This document shows positions 25,467-37,964 of a DNA stretch of 64,000 nt, piece after piece. The number at the start of each line of letters is the position of its first letter. The first letter of the stretch is position 1. The translations under genes were made by a program, and so were the position numbers. The stretch comes from Octopus vulgaris (lineage: Eukaryota), in contig OX597817.1 in the NCBI GenBank assembly GCA_951406725.2, forward strand, positions 164,796,001 through 164,860,000. The letters are read 5' to 3'. The notes under the pieces were generated by a model, which was given only the letters and a program-made list of their open reading frames with translations, was not told where the DNA came from and made no database searches.

Positions 25467-25845
25467 CTATTTTTATTTTCCTAAAATTTTCGTTGCGTCT
25501 TGCAACCTTTTCAATAGTCTAACTCATATAAAGAATCTTGCAAACCAAATCCCAAAACGAAAGGTAAAAAATTACTAAAGACAAAATTTGTAAATCTACT
25601 CCATACATTGCAAGTTAATGACTTCCTGGTGCCTGATGGGATCTAGTTAAACTTTCTATATCAGGTTGGGCAACTGTTGAGAACCTCTGCAGTAGAGTGC
25701 TGTGAGTACATGACAGTAGAGTAGAGTTACATGACAACATTCCAGATATCAGGTGTCCAGGCTTATTCTTTGTTTAATTCAGGAATGCTTCAAAGCTATG
25801 GGTAGAGCTATGGGAAAATGTGTCTGACATAAAATGGCACATTTA

Positions 25846-26016
25846 CATCATCATCATCATCATCATCATCACCATCACCATCATCATAATCATCATCATC
25901 ACCATCACCATCATCATCATCATCACCATCACCATCATCGTTATCATCATCATCATCATCACCATCATCGTCATCGTCGTCGTCATCGTCGTCATCATCA
26001 TCATCATCATCATCAT
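25846..26016. repeat. (CAT/CAC/CGT)n trinucleotide microsatellite, expanded SINE tail
   Basis: Directly visible and abuts a minus-strand (GAT)n-tailed SINE. Confidence 0.9.
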
Positions 26017-26502
26017 TTAATGTCCATCTTCCATGTTGGCATGAGTTGTATGGTTTGACAGGAGCTGGCCAGGAAGACTACACCAAGCTACTGTGTCTGT
26101 TTTGGCATGATTTTTATGGCTGGGTGCCCTTCCTAACACCAACCACCCCATAGTGTGGTCTGAGTGCCTTTTTACCTGGCACCACCACAGGTAAGATCAG
26201 CTTCAGCATGGTTTTTACAGCTGAATGCCCTTCCTAATTGCCAACCACTTCAGAGTGTGAAATGGATGCTTTTTATACCTGGCACCAACACTGGCAGGTT
26301 CACTAAGTAACTTGCAAGACAGCTTTCGAAAATTTTCGAAAATTTTCACTGAAAATTTTCACCGAAAATTTTCTCCAAAAATTTTTCGAAAATTTTCACT
26401 GAATATTTTCCGCAAAAATTTTCACCGAAAATTTTCACCGAAAATTTTACCCAAAAATTTTTCGAATATATCACCAAAAATTTCTCAAAAATTTTTCAGA
26501 AA

Positions 26503-26650
26503 TTGGCACCGCTGGCTTTCCATACTTTGTGATTTGGGCACCGCTGTCTTTCCGTACTTTGTGATTTTGGCACCACTGGCCTTCCATACTTTGTGATTTT
26601 GGCACCACTGGCCTTCCATACTTTGTGATTTTGGCACCACTGGCCTTCCA
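26503..26650. repeat. 32-bp minisatellite TTGGCACC(G/A)CTGGCCTTCCATACTTTGTGATT (first of many islands)
   Basis: Units start at 26503, 26535, 26567 and so on. Similar islands recur up to about 61570. Confidence 0.92.
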
Positions 26651-27392
26651 TAATTTACCCAAAAATTTTCCGAAAATTTTAAGCCAAAAAGTTTTGGAAA
26701 TTTTCACCTAAAAAGTTTGCGAAAATTTTCGCTGAATATTTTCCCAAAAAATTTTTCGAAAATGTTAACCGAAAATTTTACCCAAAAATTTTTCAAAAAT
26801 TTTTCAGAAATTGGCACCGCTGGCTTTCCATACTTTGTGATTTGGGCACTGCTGTCTTTCCGTACTTTGCGATTTTGGCACCAATGGCCTTCCATACTTT
26901 ACCCAAAAATTTTGCGAAATTTTCACCTAAAAAGTTTTCGAAAATTTTCACTGAAAATTTTCACCGAAAACTTTACCGAAAATTTTACCCAAAAAGTTAT
27001 CGAAAATTTTCACTGAAAATTTTACCCAAAAATTTTCCGAAAATTTTCACCGAAAACTTTCCCCAAAAACTTACCGAAAATTTCACCTAAAAAGTTTTCG
27101 TAAATTTTCACCGAAAACTTTCCCCAAAAATTTACCGAAAATTTTCACCGAAAATATCAAGTAATGAGTTTTCGAAAATTTTCACTAAAAATTTTCACCG
27201 AAAATTTTACTCAAAAATTTTTAACCAAAAATTTTTCGAAAATGTTAACCGAAACTTTTACCCAAAAATTTTTCGAACATTTCACCAAAAATCTTTCGAA
27301 AATTTTCACCGAAAATGTTACCCGAAAATTTTTCGGAAATTGGCACCGCTGTCTTTCCATATACATATATATATATAAATTTACATATATAT

Positions 27393-28531
27393 TGTTACGA
27401 CAGGGTGGGACCTCCGATTCGAACTGTTACGGAAATCCTCACACAGGCCCGTTCGATGCAGCGAATAAGCTACGGAAACTCGTCGGAGAGAGGAGAGAGA
27501 GGAGATATACACAACAACAACAACAACAACAACAGCAGCAGCCCAGAGGCAATCGAGAGAGACGCAATGAGGCAAAACGGCAACAACTGCTGGCTTACAT
27601 TCAACAACAGTTTATATGACAATCAATTGTTACACATCAAGATACATCAACGCATTTAAGGGAAACAACAAATCAATACATCATACAACAGATCAAAGCA
27701 TTTAAACATGCATGTAACAATATAACAGTGTTCATACACAAAACAAGTTCAGATCAAATAATGTTCACGATACGTCACAGTCCAATCAGAACACTTCGAT
27801 ACATTATACAATGTTCGTATCACAACAATTCACGTTACAATTCAAAGTTCATTATCGTCTACATCAGAGTCCTTCTTTTTCTCTCTTCTTTCTCTTCTTT
27901 TCTTTTACATCATAACATGTATCAATACATAATCAAATACCTTAATTTCTAACTGAACTGCCAGTGTCCCATCCTGCACTCCATCTCTCTCTCAATACTG
28001 CTAACTCCAGCTCGCCAGCTCTCGCCTCCCAATCGCTTGCTCCTAAAATTCCAACTCCTTGCCGACTTCCAAGATCCGTCTGTGCTCTTCGACGACCGAC
28101 TACCAACTACCCAAAACCTCACTTGCTCTCCCTCCTTCCCACTACCCTAATCTCCATCTGTCCCTACTGCTTATAGCCTCTCTATCTGCCCTGGTCCCTA
28201 ACTGCCTATCTCTATCGCCCGCTGCTGCTACCCTCTCATGAGAGCTCTGCCATACTCTCTGCCTGTCCTTCTCTGACCCCTCATCCTCTCTCACTACTAA
28301 TATCCTCTCAATCTGCTCTCAGCCCTTACTCTACCTTTATCTCACTACTGCTAGATTCTCCCTCACATCTCTCTCTGACCCGTAATCGACCGCAAAAGGT
28401 CAAAGTTGTCCCTCCAAAACCCCATTAATCTCCCAGTAAACAAAGGGCTGTCTCTTTTCTTCCAGTCCTGCCGGCACCATCATTCACAAAGTGGGTCACC
28501 AAGAAATACTGCACTAGCCAAACCCATAACA
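27393..28531. mobile_element. solo LTR (Gypsy-like), full length 1139 bp
   Basis: TGTTA...TAACA termini with an ATAT duplication on both sides. The matching empty site occurs near 29141-29180. Confidence 0.8.
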
Positions 28532-29048
28532 ATATTTATAAATTCACTGAGAGACATTTTCACCCAAAAAGTTTTCGAAAATTTTCACCGAAAATTTTAC
28601 CCCAAAATTTTTCGAACTATTCATCAAAAATTTTTCGAAAATTTTCACCGCTGGCCTTCCATACCTTCTGGTTTTGGCAGCGCTGGCCTTCCATACTTTG
28701 TGATTTTGGCACCGCTGGCCTTCCATACTTTGTGATTTTGGCACCACTGGCCTTCCATAGTTTTGTCGAAAATTTTCCCCAAAAAATTTGTAGAAAATTT
28801 TACCAAAAAATATTACCCAAAAAGTTTTCAAAAATCTTCACCGAAAAATTTCACTAAAAAGTGTTCGAAAATTTTCACTGAATATTTTGCCCAAAAATAA
28901 TTCGAAAATTTTCACCGAAAATACCAAGTAAAAAGTTTTCGAAAATTTTCACTGAAAATTTTCACCGAAAATATCAAGTAAAAGGTTTTCGAAAATTTTC
29001 ACTGAAAATTTTCACCGAAAAATAAACCCCCAAATTTTTAATCACTGA

Positions 29049-29091
<43 letters not shown>

Positions 29092-29490
29092 AAATTCACT
29101 GCGGAGAGACTTTTTAACACTGTGTATATATACATATATATATAAATTTACATATATATATATATAAATTCACTGTGGAGAGACTTTTTTACCCAAAAAT
29201 TGTCGAAAATTTTCACCGAAAATATTCTACAAAAATTTGTCGAAAATGTTCACTGAAAATTTTACCCAAAAAGTTTTCGAAATTTTCACCGAAAAGATTA
29301 CCCAAAAATTTACCGAAAATTTCACCTAAAAAGTTTTCAAAAATTTTCACTGAAGATTTTCCCCAAAAATATTTCGAAAATTTTCACCGAAAATATCAAG
29401 TAAAAAGTTTTCGGAAATTTTCACTGAATATTTCCCTAAAAATTTTTCGAAAATTTTCACCAAAAATATCCAGTGATACCAAAAATATCC

Positions 29491-29669
29491 AGATTCTTCC
29501 TCACATCTCTCTCTGACCCCTAATCGACCGCACAAGGTCAAAGAGGTCCCTCCAAAACCCCATTAATCTCCCAGTAAACAAAGGGCTGTCTCTTTTCTTC
29601 CAGTCCTGCCGGCACCATCATTCACAAAGTGGGTCACCAAGAAATACTGCACTAGCCAAACCCATAACA
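29491..29669. mobile_element. right-end fragment of the same LTR
   Basis: Matches 28354-28531 and ends CCCATAACA. Confidence 0.8.
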
Positions 29670-30156
29670 ATATATATAAATTCACTGAGAGACTTTTCCA
29701 CCCAAAAGTTTTCGAAAATTTTCACCGAAAATATTCTCCAAAAATTTGTCAAAAATGTTCACCGAATGTTTTACCCAAAAAGTTTTCGAAAATTTCCACC
29801 GAAAATTTTACCCTTAAATTTTCCGAAAATTTTAACCAAAAAGTTTTCGAAAATTTTCACCGAAAATTTTACCCCAAAATTTTTCGAACTTTTCATCAAA
29901 AATTTTTCGAAAATTTTCACCGCTGGCCTTTCATACCTTCTGATTTTGGCCGCGCTGGCCTTCCATACTTTGTGATTTTGGCACCGCTGGCCTTCCATAC
30001 TTTGTGATTTTGGCACCACTGGCCTTCCATACTCTTTTCGAAAATTTTCCCCCAAAAATTTGTAGAAAAATTTTACCAAAGAATTTTCCAGGAAATTAAA
30101 AAAAGATTTTTGTAAAATTTTCACCGAAAACTTAACCCAAAAATTTTACCCATAAA

Positions 30157-33100
30157 TCTTTGATCTCTGTCGATATTCCATTTGATCTCTGTCGGCATTC
30201 CTCTTTGATCTCTGTCGGAACTCCCCTTTGATCTATGTCGGCATTCCTCTTTGATCTCTGTCGGCATTCCTCTTTGATCTTTGACGGCATTCCTCTTTGA
30301 TCTCTGTCGGTACTCCTCTTTGATCTCTGTCGGCATTCCTATTTGATCTCTGTCGGTACTCCTCTTTGATCTCTGTCGGTACTCCTATTTGATATCTGTC
30401 GGTACTCTCCTTTGGTCTCTGTCGGCATTCCTCTTCGATCTCTGTCGGCATTCCTATTTTATCTCTGTCGGTACGCCTCCTTGATCTCTATCGGCATTCC
30501 TCTTTGATCTCTGACGGCATTCCTCTTTGATCTCTCTCGGTTCCCCTTGGATCTCTGTAATTCATTCCTCTTTGATCTCTGTCGGTACTCCTCTTTGAAC
30601 TCTGTCGGCATTCCTCTTTGATCTCTGTCCGTACTCCCCTTTGATCTCTGTCGGCATTTCTCTTTGATCTTTGACGGCCTTTGTCTTTGATATCTGTCGG
30701 TACTCCACTTTGATCTATGTCGGCATTCCTTTTTGATCTCTGTCGGTACTCTTCTTTGGTCTCTGTCGGCATTCCTCTTCGATCTCTGTTGGTACTCCTC
30801 TTTAATCTCTGTCGGTACTCCCCTTTGATCTCTGTCGGCACACCTCTTTGATATCTGTTTGTAATCCCCTTTGATCTCTGTCGGTACTCCTCTTTGATCG
30901 CTGTCGATACTCCTCTTTGATCTCTGTCGGCATTCCTCTTTGATCTCTGTCGGTTCCCCATGGATCTCTGTCAGCATTCCTCTTTGATCTCGGTCGGTAC
31001 TGCTCTTTGAACTCTGACGATACTCCTATTTGATCTCTGTCGGTACTCCCCTTTGATTTCTCTCGGTACTCCTCTTTGATATCTGTCGGTACTCACCTTT
31101 GATCACCGTCGGCATTCCTCTTTGATCTCTTACGGCATTCCTCTTTGATCTCTGTCGGTACTCCTCTTTGATCTCTGTCGGTACTCCTCTTTGATATCTG
31201 CCGGTACTCCTCTTTGATCTCTGTCGGTACTCCCCTTTGATCTCTGTCGGCATTCCTCTTTGATCTCTGTCGACACTCCGCTTTGATCTCTGTCGGCATT
31301 CCTCTTCGATCTCTGTCGGTACTCCCCTTTGATCTCTGTCGGCATTCTTCTTTGATCTCTGTCGGTACTCCTTTTTGATCTCTGTCGGTACTCTCCTTTG
31401 GTCTCTGTCGGCATTTCTCTTTGATCTCTGTCGACATTCCTATTTTATCTCTGTCGGTACTCCCCGTTGATCTCTACCGGCATTCCTCTTTGATCTCTGA
31501 CGGCATTCCTCTTTGATCTCTGTCGGTTCTCCTTGGATCTCTGTAATTCAATCCTCTTTGATCTCTGTCGGTACTCCTCTTTGAACTCTGTCGGCATTCC
31601 TCTTTGATCTCTGTCCGTACACCCCTTTGATCTCTGTCGGCATTTCTCTTTGATCTTTGAAGGCTTTTGTCTTTGATATCTGTCGGTACTCCACTTTGAT
31701 CTATGTCGGCATTCCTCTTTGAACTCTGTCGGTACTCTTCTTTGGTCTCTGTCGGCATTCCTCTTCGATCTCTGTTGGTACTCCTCTTTAATCTCTGTCG
31801 GTACTCCCCTTTGATCTCTGTCGGCACACCTCTTTGATATCTGTCTGTAATCCCCTTTGATCTCTGTCGGTACTCCTCTTTGATCGCTGTCGATATTCCT
31901 CTTTGATCTCTGTCGGCATTCCTCTTTGATCTCTGTCGGTTCCCCTTGGATCTCTGTCAGCATTCCTCTTTGATCTCGGTCGGTACTGCTCTTTGATCTC
32001 TGTCGATACTCCTATTTGATCTCTGTCGGTACTCCCCTTTGATTTCTCTCGGTACTCCTCTTTGATATCTGTCGGTACTCACCTTTGATCTCTGTCAGCA
32101 TTCCTCTTTGATCTCTGTAGGCATTCCTCTTTGATCTCTGTCGGCATTCCACTTCGATCTCTGTCGGTACTCCCCTTTGATCTCTCTCGGCATTCTTCTT
32201 TGACCTCTGTCGGTACTCCTCTTTGATCTCTGTAAGCATTCCCCTTAGATCTCTGTCGGTATTCCCCTTTGATCTCTATCGGTATTCCTCTTTGATCTCT
32301 GTCGGCATTCCTCTTTGATCTCTATCGGCATTCCTCTTCGATCTCTCTCGGTACTCCCCTTTGATCTCTGTCGGCTTTTCTCTTTGATCTCTGTCGGTAC
32401 CCCCCTTTGATCTCTGTCGACATTCCACATTGATATCTCTCGGTACTCCCCTCTGATCTCTGTCGGTACTCCTATATGACATCTCTCGGTACTCCCCTTT
32501 GATCTCCCTCGGTACTCCTCTTTGATCTCTGTCGCTTAACCCCTTTGATCTTTGTCGGGATTCCTCTTTGATCTCTATCGGTATCCCCTTTGATCTCTGT
32601 TGGCATTCCTCTTTGATCTCTTTCGGAACTCCCCTTTGATCTCTGACGGCATTCCTGCTTGATATCTGTCGGTATTCCTCTTTGATCTTTGACGGCATTC
32701 CTCTTTGATCTCTGTCGGTACTCCCCTTCGATCTCTGTCGGCATTCCTCCTTGATCTCTGTTGGTACTCCCCTTTGATCTCTGTCGGCATTCCTCTTTGA
32801 TCTCTGTCGGTACTCCCCTTTGATCTTTGTCGGCATTCCTCTTTGATCTCTGACGGTACGTCCCTTTGATCTCCGTCGTTATTCCTCTTTGATATCTGTC
32901 GGTACTCTCCTTTGATCTCTGTCGGCATTCCTCTTTGATCTCTGTCGGCATTCCTCTTTGATCTCTGTCGGCATTCCTATTTGATCTCTGTCGGTACTCT
33001 CCCTTGATCTCTATCTGCATTCCTCTTTGATCTCTAACGGCATTCCTCTTTGATCTCTGTCGGTTCCCCTTGGATCTCTGTCAGCATTCCTCTTTGATCT

Positions 33101-36100
33101 CTGTCGGTACTCCTCTTTGAACTCTGTCGGCATTCCTCTTTGATCTCTGTCCGTAATCCCCTTTGATCTCTGTCGGTATTTCTCTTTGATCTTTGACGGC
33201 CTTTGTCTTTGATATCTGTCGGTACTCCACTTTGTTCTATGTCGGCATTCCTCTTTGATCTCTGTCGGTATTCTTCATTGGTCTCTGTCGGCATTCCTCT
33301 TCCAACTCTGTTGGTACTCCCCTTTGATCTCTGTCGGCATTCCTCCTTGATCTATGTCGGTACTCCTTTTTAATCTCTGTCGGTACTCCCCTTTGATCTC
33401 TGTCGGCACACCTCTTTGATATCTGTCGGTAATCCTCCATGATCTCTGACGGCATTCCTCTTTGATCTCTATCGGCATTCCTCTTCGATCTCTGTCGGTA
33501 CTCTCCTTTGATCTCTGTCGGCTTTTCTCTTTGATCTCTGTCGGTACTCCCCTTTGATCTCTCTCGGTACTCCTCTTTGATCTCTGTCGCTTAACCCCTT
33601 CGATCTTTGTCGGCATTCCTCTTTGATCTCTGACGGAATTCCTCTTTGATCTCTGTTGGCATTCCTCTTTGATCTCTATCGGTACTTCTCTTTGATCTCT
33701 GTCGGCACTCCTCTTTGATCCCTTTCGGAACTCCCCTTTGATCTCTGACGGCATTCCTGCTTGATATCTGTCGGTATTCCTCTTTGATCTTTGACGGCAT
33801 TCCTCTTTGATCTCTGTCGGTACTCCCCTTTGATTTCTGTCGGCATTCCTCTTTGATCTCTGTCGGTACTCCCATTTGGTCTCTGTCGGCATTCCTCCTT
33901 GATCTCTGTTGGTACTCCCCTTTGATCTCTGTCGGCATTCCTCTTTCATCTCTGTCGGTACTCCCCTTTGATCTTTGTCGGCATTCCTCTTTGATCTCTG
34001 ACGGTACGTCCCTTTGATCTTCGTCGTTATTCCTCTTTGATATCTGTCGGTACTCTCTTTGATCTCTGTCGGCATTCCTCTTCCAACTCTGTTGGTACTC
34101 CCCTTTGATCTCTGTCGGCATTCCTCCTTGATCTCTGTCGGTACTCCTTTTTAATCTCTGTCGGTACTCCCCTTTGATCTCTGTCGGCACACCTCTTTGA
34201 TATCTGTCGGTAATCCTCCATGATCTCTGACGGCATTCCTCTTTGATCTCTGTCGGTACCCCCCTTTGATCTCTGTCGGCATTCAACTTTGATATCTGTC
34301 GGTACTCCCCTTTGATCTCTGTCGGTACTCCCCTTTGATCTCTGTCGGTACTCCTCCTTGATCTGTGTCGGCATTCCTCTTTGATCTCTGTCGGTACTCC
34401 TATTTGACATCTGTCGGTACTCCCCTTTGATCTCTCTCGGTACTCCTCTTTGATCTCTGTCGCTTATCCCCTTTGATCTTTGTCGGCATTCATCTTTGAT
34501 CTCTGACGGTACTTCCCTTTGATCTCTGTCGGCATTCCTCTTTGATCTCTGTCGTTACTCCCATTTGGTGTTTGTCAGCATTTCTCTTTGATCTCTGAGG
34601 GTACTGCCCTTTGATCTCTGTCGGCATTCCTCTTTGATATCTGTCGGTACTCCTCTTTGATCTCTGTCGGCATTCCTCTTTGATCTCTTTCAGCATTCCT
34701 ATTTGATCTCTGTTGGTACTCCCCTTTGATCTATGTCGGCATTCCTCTTTGATCTATGTCGTTACTCCTATTTGATCTCTGTCGGCACTCCTCTTTGATC
34801 TCTATCGGTACTCCCCTATGATCTCTGACGGAATCTCTCTTCGGTCTCTCTCGGTACTCCCCTTTGATCTCTGTCGGTACTCCTCTTTGATCACTGTCGG
34901 TACTCCTCTTTGATCTCTGTCGGCATTCCCCTTTGATCTCTGTCGGCATTCCTATTTGATCTCTGTCGATACTCCTCTTCGAACTATGTTGGTACTCCCC
35001 TTTGATTTCTCTCGGTACTCCTCTTTCATATCTGTCTGTACTCACCTTTGATCCCTGTCGGAACTCCTCTTTGATCTCTGTCGGTACTCCTCTTTGATCC
35101 CTGTCGGCATTCCTCTTTGATCTCTGACGGCATTCCTCTTTGATCTCTGTCGGCATTCCTCTTTGATCTCTGTCGGCACTCCTATTTGATCTCTGTAGGT
35201 ACTTCTCTTTGATTTATGTCGGTACTCTCCTTTGATCTCAGTCGGCATTCCTCTTTGATCTCTGTTGGAACTCCTATTTGATATCTCTCGGTACTCCCCA
35301 TTGATCTCTGTCGGTACTCCTCTTTGATCTCTATCGGCACTCCTCTTTGATCTCTGTATGTACTCCTCTTTGATCTCTGTCGGTACTCTCCTTTGGTCTC
35401 TGTCGGCATTCCTCTTCGATCTCTGTCGGCATTCCTATTTTATCTCTGTCGGTACTCCCCCTTGATCTCTATCGGCATTCCTCTTTGATCTCTGACGGCA
35501 TTCCTTTTTGATCTCTGTCGGTTCCTCTTGGATCTCTGTAATTCATTCCTCTTTAATCTCTGTCGGTACTCCTCTTTGAACTCTGTCTGCATTCCTCTTT
35601 GATCTCTGTCCGTACTCCTCTTTGAACTCTGTCGGCATTCCTCTTTGATCTCTGTCCGTACTCCCCTTTGATCTCTGTCGGCATTTCTCTTTGATCTTTG
35701 ACGGCCTTTGTCTTTGATATCTGTCGGTACTCCACTTTGATCTATGTCGGCATTCCTCTTTGATCTCTGTCGATATTCCCCTTGGATCTCTGTCGGCACA
35801 CCTCTTTGATATCTGTCTGTAATCCCCTTCAATCTCTGTCGGTACTCCTCTTTGATCGCTGTCGATACTCCTCTTTGATCTCTGTCGGCATTCCTCTTTG
35901 ATCTCTGTCGGTTCCCCTTGGATCTCTGTCAGCATTCCTCTTTGATCTCGGTCGGTTCTGCTCTTTGATCTCTGTCGGTACTCCTATTTGATCTCTGTCG
36001 GTACTCCCCTTTGATTTCTCTCGGTACTCCTCTTTGATATCTGTCGGTACTCACCTTTGATCTCTGTCGGCATTCCTCTTTGATCTCTTACGGCATTCCT

Positions 36101-37105
36101 CTTTGATCTCTGTAGGCATTTGTCTTTGATCTCTGTCGGTACTCCTCTTTGATCTCTGTCGGCACTCCTCTTTGATCTCTGTCGGTACTCCTCTTTGATA
36201 TCTGTCGGTACTCCTCTTTGATCTTTGTCGGTACTCCCCTTTGATCTCTGTCGGCATTCCTCTTTGATCTCTGTCGGTACTCACATTTGGTGTTTGTCAG
36301 CATTCTTCTTCGATCTCTGACGGTACTCCCCTTTGATCTCTGTCGGCATTCCTCTTTGATATCTGTCGGTACTCCTCTTTGATCTCTGTCGGCATTCCTC
36401 TTTGATCTCTTTCGGCATTCCTATTTGATCTCTGTCGGTACTCCCCTTTGATCTATGTCGGCATTCCTCTTTGATCTATGTCGTTACTCCTATTTGATCT
36501 CTGTCGGCACTCCTCTTTTATCTCTATCGGTACTCCCCTTTGATCTCTGTCGGCATTCCTTTTTGATCTCTTTCGGAACTCCCCTTTGATCTCTGACGGC
36601 ATTCCTCTTCGATCTCTGTCGGTACTCCCCTTTGATCTCTGTCGGTTTTCCTATTTGATCTCTGTCGGCATTCCTCTTTGATCTCTTACGGCATTCCTCT
36701 TTGATCTCTGTATGCATTCCTCTTTGATCTCTGTCGGTACTCCTCTTTGATCTCTGTCGGCACTCCTCTTTGATATCTGTCGGTACCCCCCTTTGATCTC
36801 TGTCGGTATTCCTCTTTGATCTCTATCGGAACACCTCTTTGATCTCTGTCGGCACTCCTCTTTGATATCTGTCGGTACTCTCCTTTGATCTCTGTCGGTA
36901 CCCCCCTTTGATCTCTGTCGGCATTTCTATTTGATCTCTGTCAGTACTCCCCCTTGATCTCTATCGGCATTCCTCTTTGATCTCTGACGGCATTCCTCTT
37001 TGATCTCTGTCGGTTCCCTTTGGATCTCTGTCAGCATTCCTCTTTGATCTCTGTCGCATTCCTCTTTGATCTCTGTCGCATTCCTCTTTGATCTCTGTCG
37101 GCATT
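30157..37105. repeat. 23-bp satellite CTCTTTGATCTCTGTCGG(CATTC/TACTC), about 300 monomers
   Basis: Continuous tandem array. Three monomers give the 23-aa periodic pseudo-translation in the ORF track. Confidence 0.97.
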
Positions 37106-37227
37106 GCCCAAAAATTTTTAATCACTGTGTGTATATATATATATATGCAAAATTCACTGCGAAGAGACTTTTTTAACACTGTGTATATATAACTTTATAA
37201 AATTAACTGTGGAGAGACTTTTGAACA

Positions 37228-37271
<44 letters not shown>

Positions 37272-37341
37272 CTGTGGAGAGAAATTTGAACACTGTGTAT
37301 ATATATATATATATACACATATATATAAATTACATATATAT

Positions 37342-37964
37342 TGTTACGACAGGGTGGGACCCCCGATTCGAACTGTTACGGAAATCCTCGTTCGATGCAG
37401 CGAATAATCTACGGTAACTCGTCGGAGAGAGGAGATATACATAACAACAACAACAACAACATCAGCAGCCCAGAGGCAATCGAGGGAGACGCAATGAGGC
37501 AAAACGGCAATAACTGCTGGCTTACATTCAACAACAGTTTATATGACAATCAATTGTTACACATCAAGATACATCAACGCATTTAAGGGAAACAACAAAT
37601 CAATAAATCATACAACAGATCAAAGCATTTAAACATGCATGTAACAATATAACAGTGTTCATACACAAACATGTTCAGATCAAATAATGTTCACGATACG
37701 TCACAGTCCAATCAGAACACTTCGATACATTATACAATGTTCGTATCATAACAATTCACGTTACAATTCAAAGTTCATTATCGTCTACATCAGAGTCCTT
37801 CTTTTTCTCTCTTCTTTCTCTTCTTTTCTTTTACATCGTAACACGTATCAATACATAATCAAATACCTTAATTCCTAACTGAACAGCCAGTGTCCGATCC
37901 TGCACTCCATCTCTCTCTCAATACTGCTAACTCCAGCTCGCCAGCTCTCGCCTCCCAATCGCTT
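37342..37964. mobile_element. left part of the LTR (variant B), truncated
   Basis: TGTTACGACAGGG start, ends at cccaatcgctt, lacks the acacaggcc segment. Confidence 0.8.

Larger units (their letters stand above)
26321..30156. repeat. A4T4-block satellite with 32-bp minisatellite islands, TA modules and LTR copies
   Basis: Reiterated TTTTCGAAAA / TTTTCACCGAAAA / TTTTACCCAAAAA blocks. Confidence 0.92.

Noticed and set aside
25820-26058. Poly-His / poly-Ile ORFs
   Set aside because: (CAT)n microsatellite tail of a SINE.
26503-26650. 32-bp repeats and TA-spaced cores as a CRISPR-like array
   Set aside because: Units are directly tandem or separated only by (TA)n. There are no unique spacers or cas genes, and the context is eukaryotic.
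27381-27660. Q/N-rich ORF at the LTR end as a gene
   Set aside because: It comes from a (CAA)n tract inside the LTR and the frames differ between copies.
30121-37179. Many minus-strand ORFs (MPTEIKEECRQRSKR...), also at 61.3-63.9 kb, up to 369 aa
   Set aside because: They arise from a 23-bp satellite whose minus strand lacks stops. All three frames give the same peptide and sporadic stops and indels occur. There is no gene structure.
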